DNA of 64,000 nucleotides from Macrostomum lignano (taxonomy: Eukaryota). Location of the stretch: NCBI GenBank assembly GCA_002269645.1, contig NIVC01003057.1, forward strand, positions 58,456 through 122,455. The letters run 5' to 3'. The position numbers and the translations under genes are program-made. Position 1 is the first letter of the stretch. Each line of letters opens with the position of its first letter. The notes under the pieces are model-generated. The model was not told the DNA's origin. It did no database searches and saw only the letters and a program-made list of their open reading frames with translations. This document shows, piece by piece, positions 62,545-64,000 of this stretch.

Positions 62545-62897
62545 TCCCAGATCCTCAGTTTCTGGTCAGCCTCCCAGATCCTCAGTTGTTGGGCCACCAG
62601 CCTCCCAGATCCTCAGTTTTTGGGCCACAACTCCCCCCCCAGATCCTCAGTTGTTGGGCCACCCCCCCCCCCAGATCCTCAGTTGTTGGGCCACCAGCCT
62701 CCCAGATCCCCTGTTGCTGGCCATCCAGCCTCCCAGATCCCCACTTGCTGGGCCAGCCTCCCAGATCCTCTGTTGCTGTGCCACCACTGCCTCCCAGCTC
62801 CTCAGTTTGCTGGGCCAGCCTCCCGGATCCTCAGTTGCTGGGGCCGGCCTCCCAGATCCTCAGTTGCTGGGCCAGCCTCCCAGATCCCCAGTTGCTA
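62545..62897. repeat. Degenerate copy of the 28-bp CCTCCCAGATCCTCAGTTGCTGGGCCAG minisatellite
   Basis: Same consensus and orientation as 6541-8679. Confidence 0.92.
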
Positions 62898-62970
62898 GGC
62901 ATTGTCACCCAGTACTCAGACTCAACTGCGTGTTACCATCACCATTTCTGCCAATTGGACAACCAACACA

Positions 62971-63710
62971 ATGGCAACCGCTGTGCTACCTCCGCCGCCC
63001 TCAATGCCGGATCCGAACTCCTCTGGCGGCAGCTTCAGTCCTCTAACTCTGTTCGAATGCACCATGACCAATGCCGGTATGCTGGTGGACAGTATGCCAG
63101 TTAGGACCTGGTCTCGGCCCTACGCATCATTGGCACTCTGCACACTCACGTTGTCAACATCATGGACCCTGGCGTGGCCAGCGTGTGCGACCTGGCCGAT
63201 CAGTTCAACTCTCACCGGATTAAATGCCCCGCTGCCGCTGCCGAGACCGCCGCCGCCTCAGCTGCCGCCGCCGGCGAGGCCGAGCAGTCGCCAACTGCCA
63301 ACTCCTCACTAGACGAAGGCGGCAACGCTAAGAAACGCTTGAAACTGGACGATAATTCTATGGCCTCATCGTTAAACGATCAGAATTCTACGGATAACAA
63401 TCAGACACTTAATAACACCGCTTCTGCTGCTGTCAATGTCAAGTCCGAATCTGTTGCCGAATCTGATGATGATTGTTGTATCCTTGACGACGGCGGCTTA
63501 GGCCTGATTGGTTCCGACTTTTACACCAGCATGCAGCAGCAGCAACATCAGCCTCGCAATCCGCAGATATCCTCAGCAGCTTCAGCATCTGCCGCTCCAC
63601 CCTATGGCGGTCCCGTGCAAGATTCGGCAGCTATGAAGCAGATTTTACGCAACACCTACAAAGCTATGCGAGCTGGCGGTCCGCACCTATACGATTTTAA
63701 TAGGCCGTGA
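62971..63710 (+). CDS. Hypothetical protein of about 246 aa, probably nuclear; apparent -1 frameshift at 63104-63105
   Basis: MATAVLPPPP...LFECTMTNAGMLVDSMPVR joins DLVSALRIIGTLHTHVVNIMDPG... if AGG-ACC is read as AGG-GAC, i.e. with one extra G. It is GC-rich like the other exons and carries AKKRLKL. No family was recognised. Confidence 0.5.
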
Positions 63711-64000
63711 GAGATTCATCTGTGTATTCTCTAATTTTCTACTGGGTTTGTTAAATATGACAGATTATACTACTGAATTGAGAGTAGCTTAATACTGCAT
63801 GTGCCTCACAATTTATTAGCTTGAGCTTAAAAATCAAGAAATTATACTACTTAATTGATAGTAGTTTAATGGCACATGTATGGACTTATTAATGCTTCTC
63901 AGTAATCATTACAGCGGTTTAAAATCTCAGAAGAGACTACACTACTTAACTGAAAGTAGTTTAATAGCACATGCACGGAGTTATTTATGCTTCTCGGGAA

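Overview
Eukaryotic animal genomic DNA. GC-rich exons with Ala/Gly/Gln insertions and minisatellite-filled introns suggest a free-living flatworm such as Macrostomum; this is an inference. Six protein genes were reconstructed by eye with GT-AG junctions in consistent phase. (1) The 3' part of an axonemal outer-arm dynein heavy chain of the DNAH5/8 type (+, <1-5202). (2) A 7-EC protocadherin (+, 12874-25445). (3) The condensin I kleisin NCAPH/barren (-, 37075-32698). (4) METTL13/eEF1A-KNMT (+, 49711-53156). (5) RPL21 (+, 61343-62302). (6) An unknown ORF (+, 62971-63710). An AT-rich transposon graveyard lies at about 37.2-49.5 kb, with a THAP/P-type transposase relic, several TSD-flanked MITEs, a Penelope-like 3' end with a decayed hammerhead, and Merlin-like and hAT remnants. 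The main result is that the 7.6-kb, 154-bp 'satellite' between METTL13 and RPL21 is a head-to-tail array of 50 apparently identical box C/D snoRNA genes. They carry the U18/SNORD18 guide, antisense to the large-subunit rRNA sequence GAAACACGGACCA. Two diverged paralogues with compensatory stem changes precede the array, giving 52 copies, probably in a 5'-UTR intron or outron of RPL21. Five single-base (-1) frameshifts occur in four genes, including RPL21, and are most likely consensus errors. Most long ORFs in the supplied track are open reading frames through repeats and are not genes.
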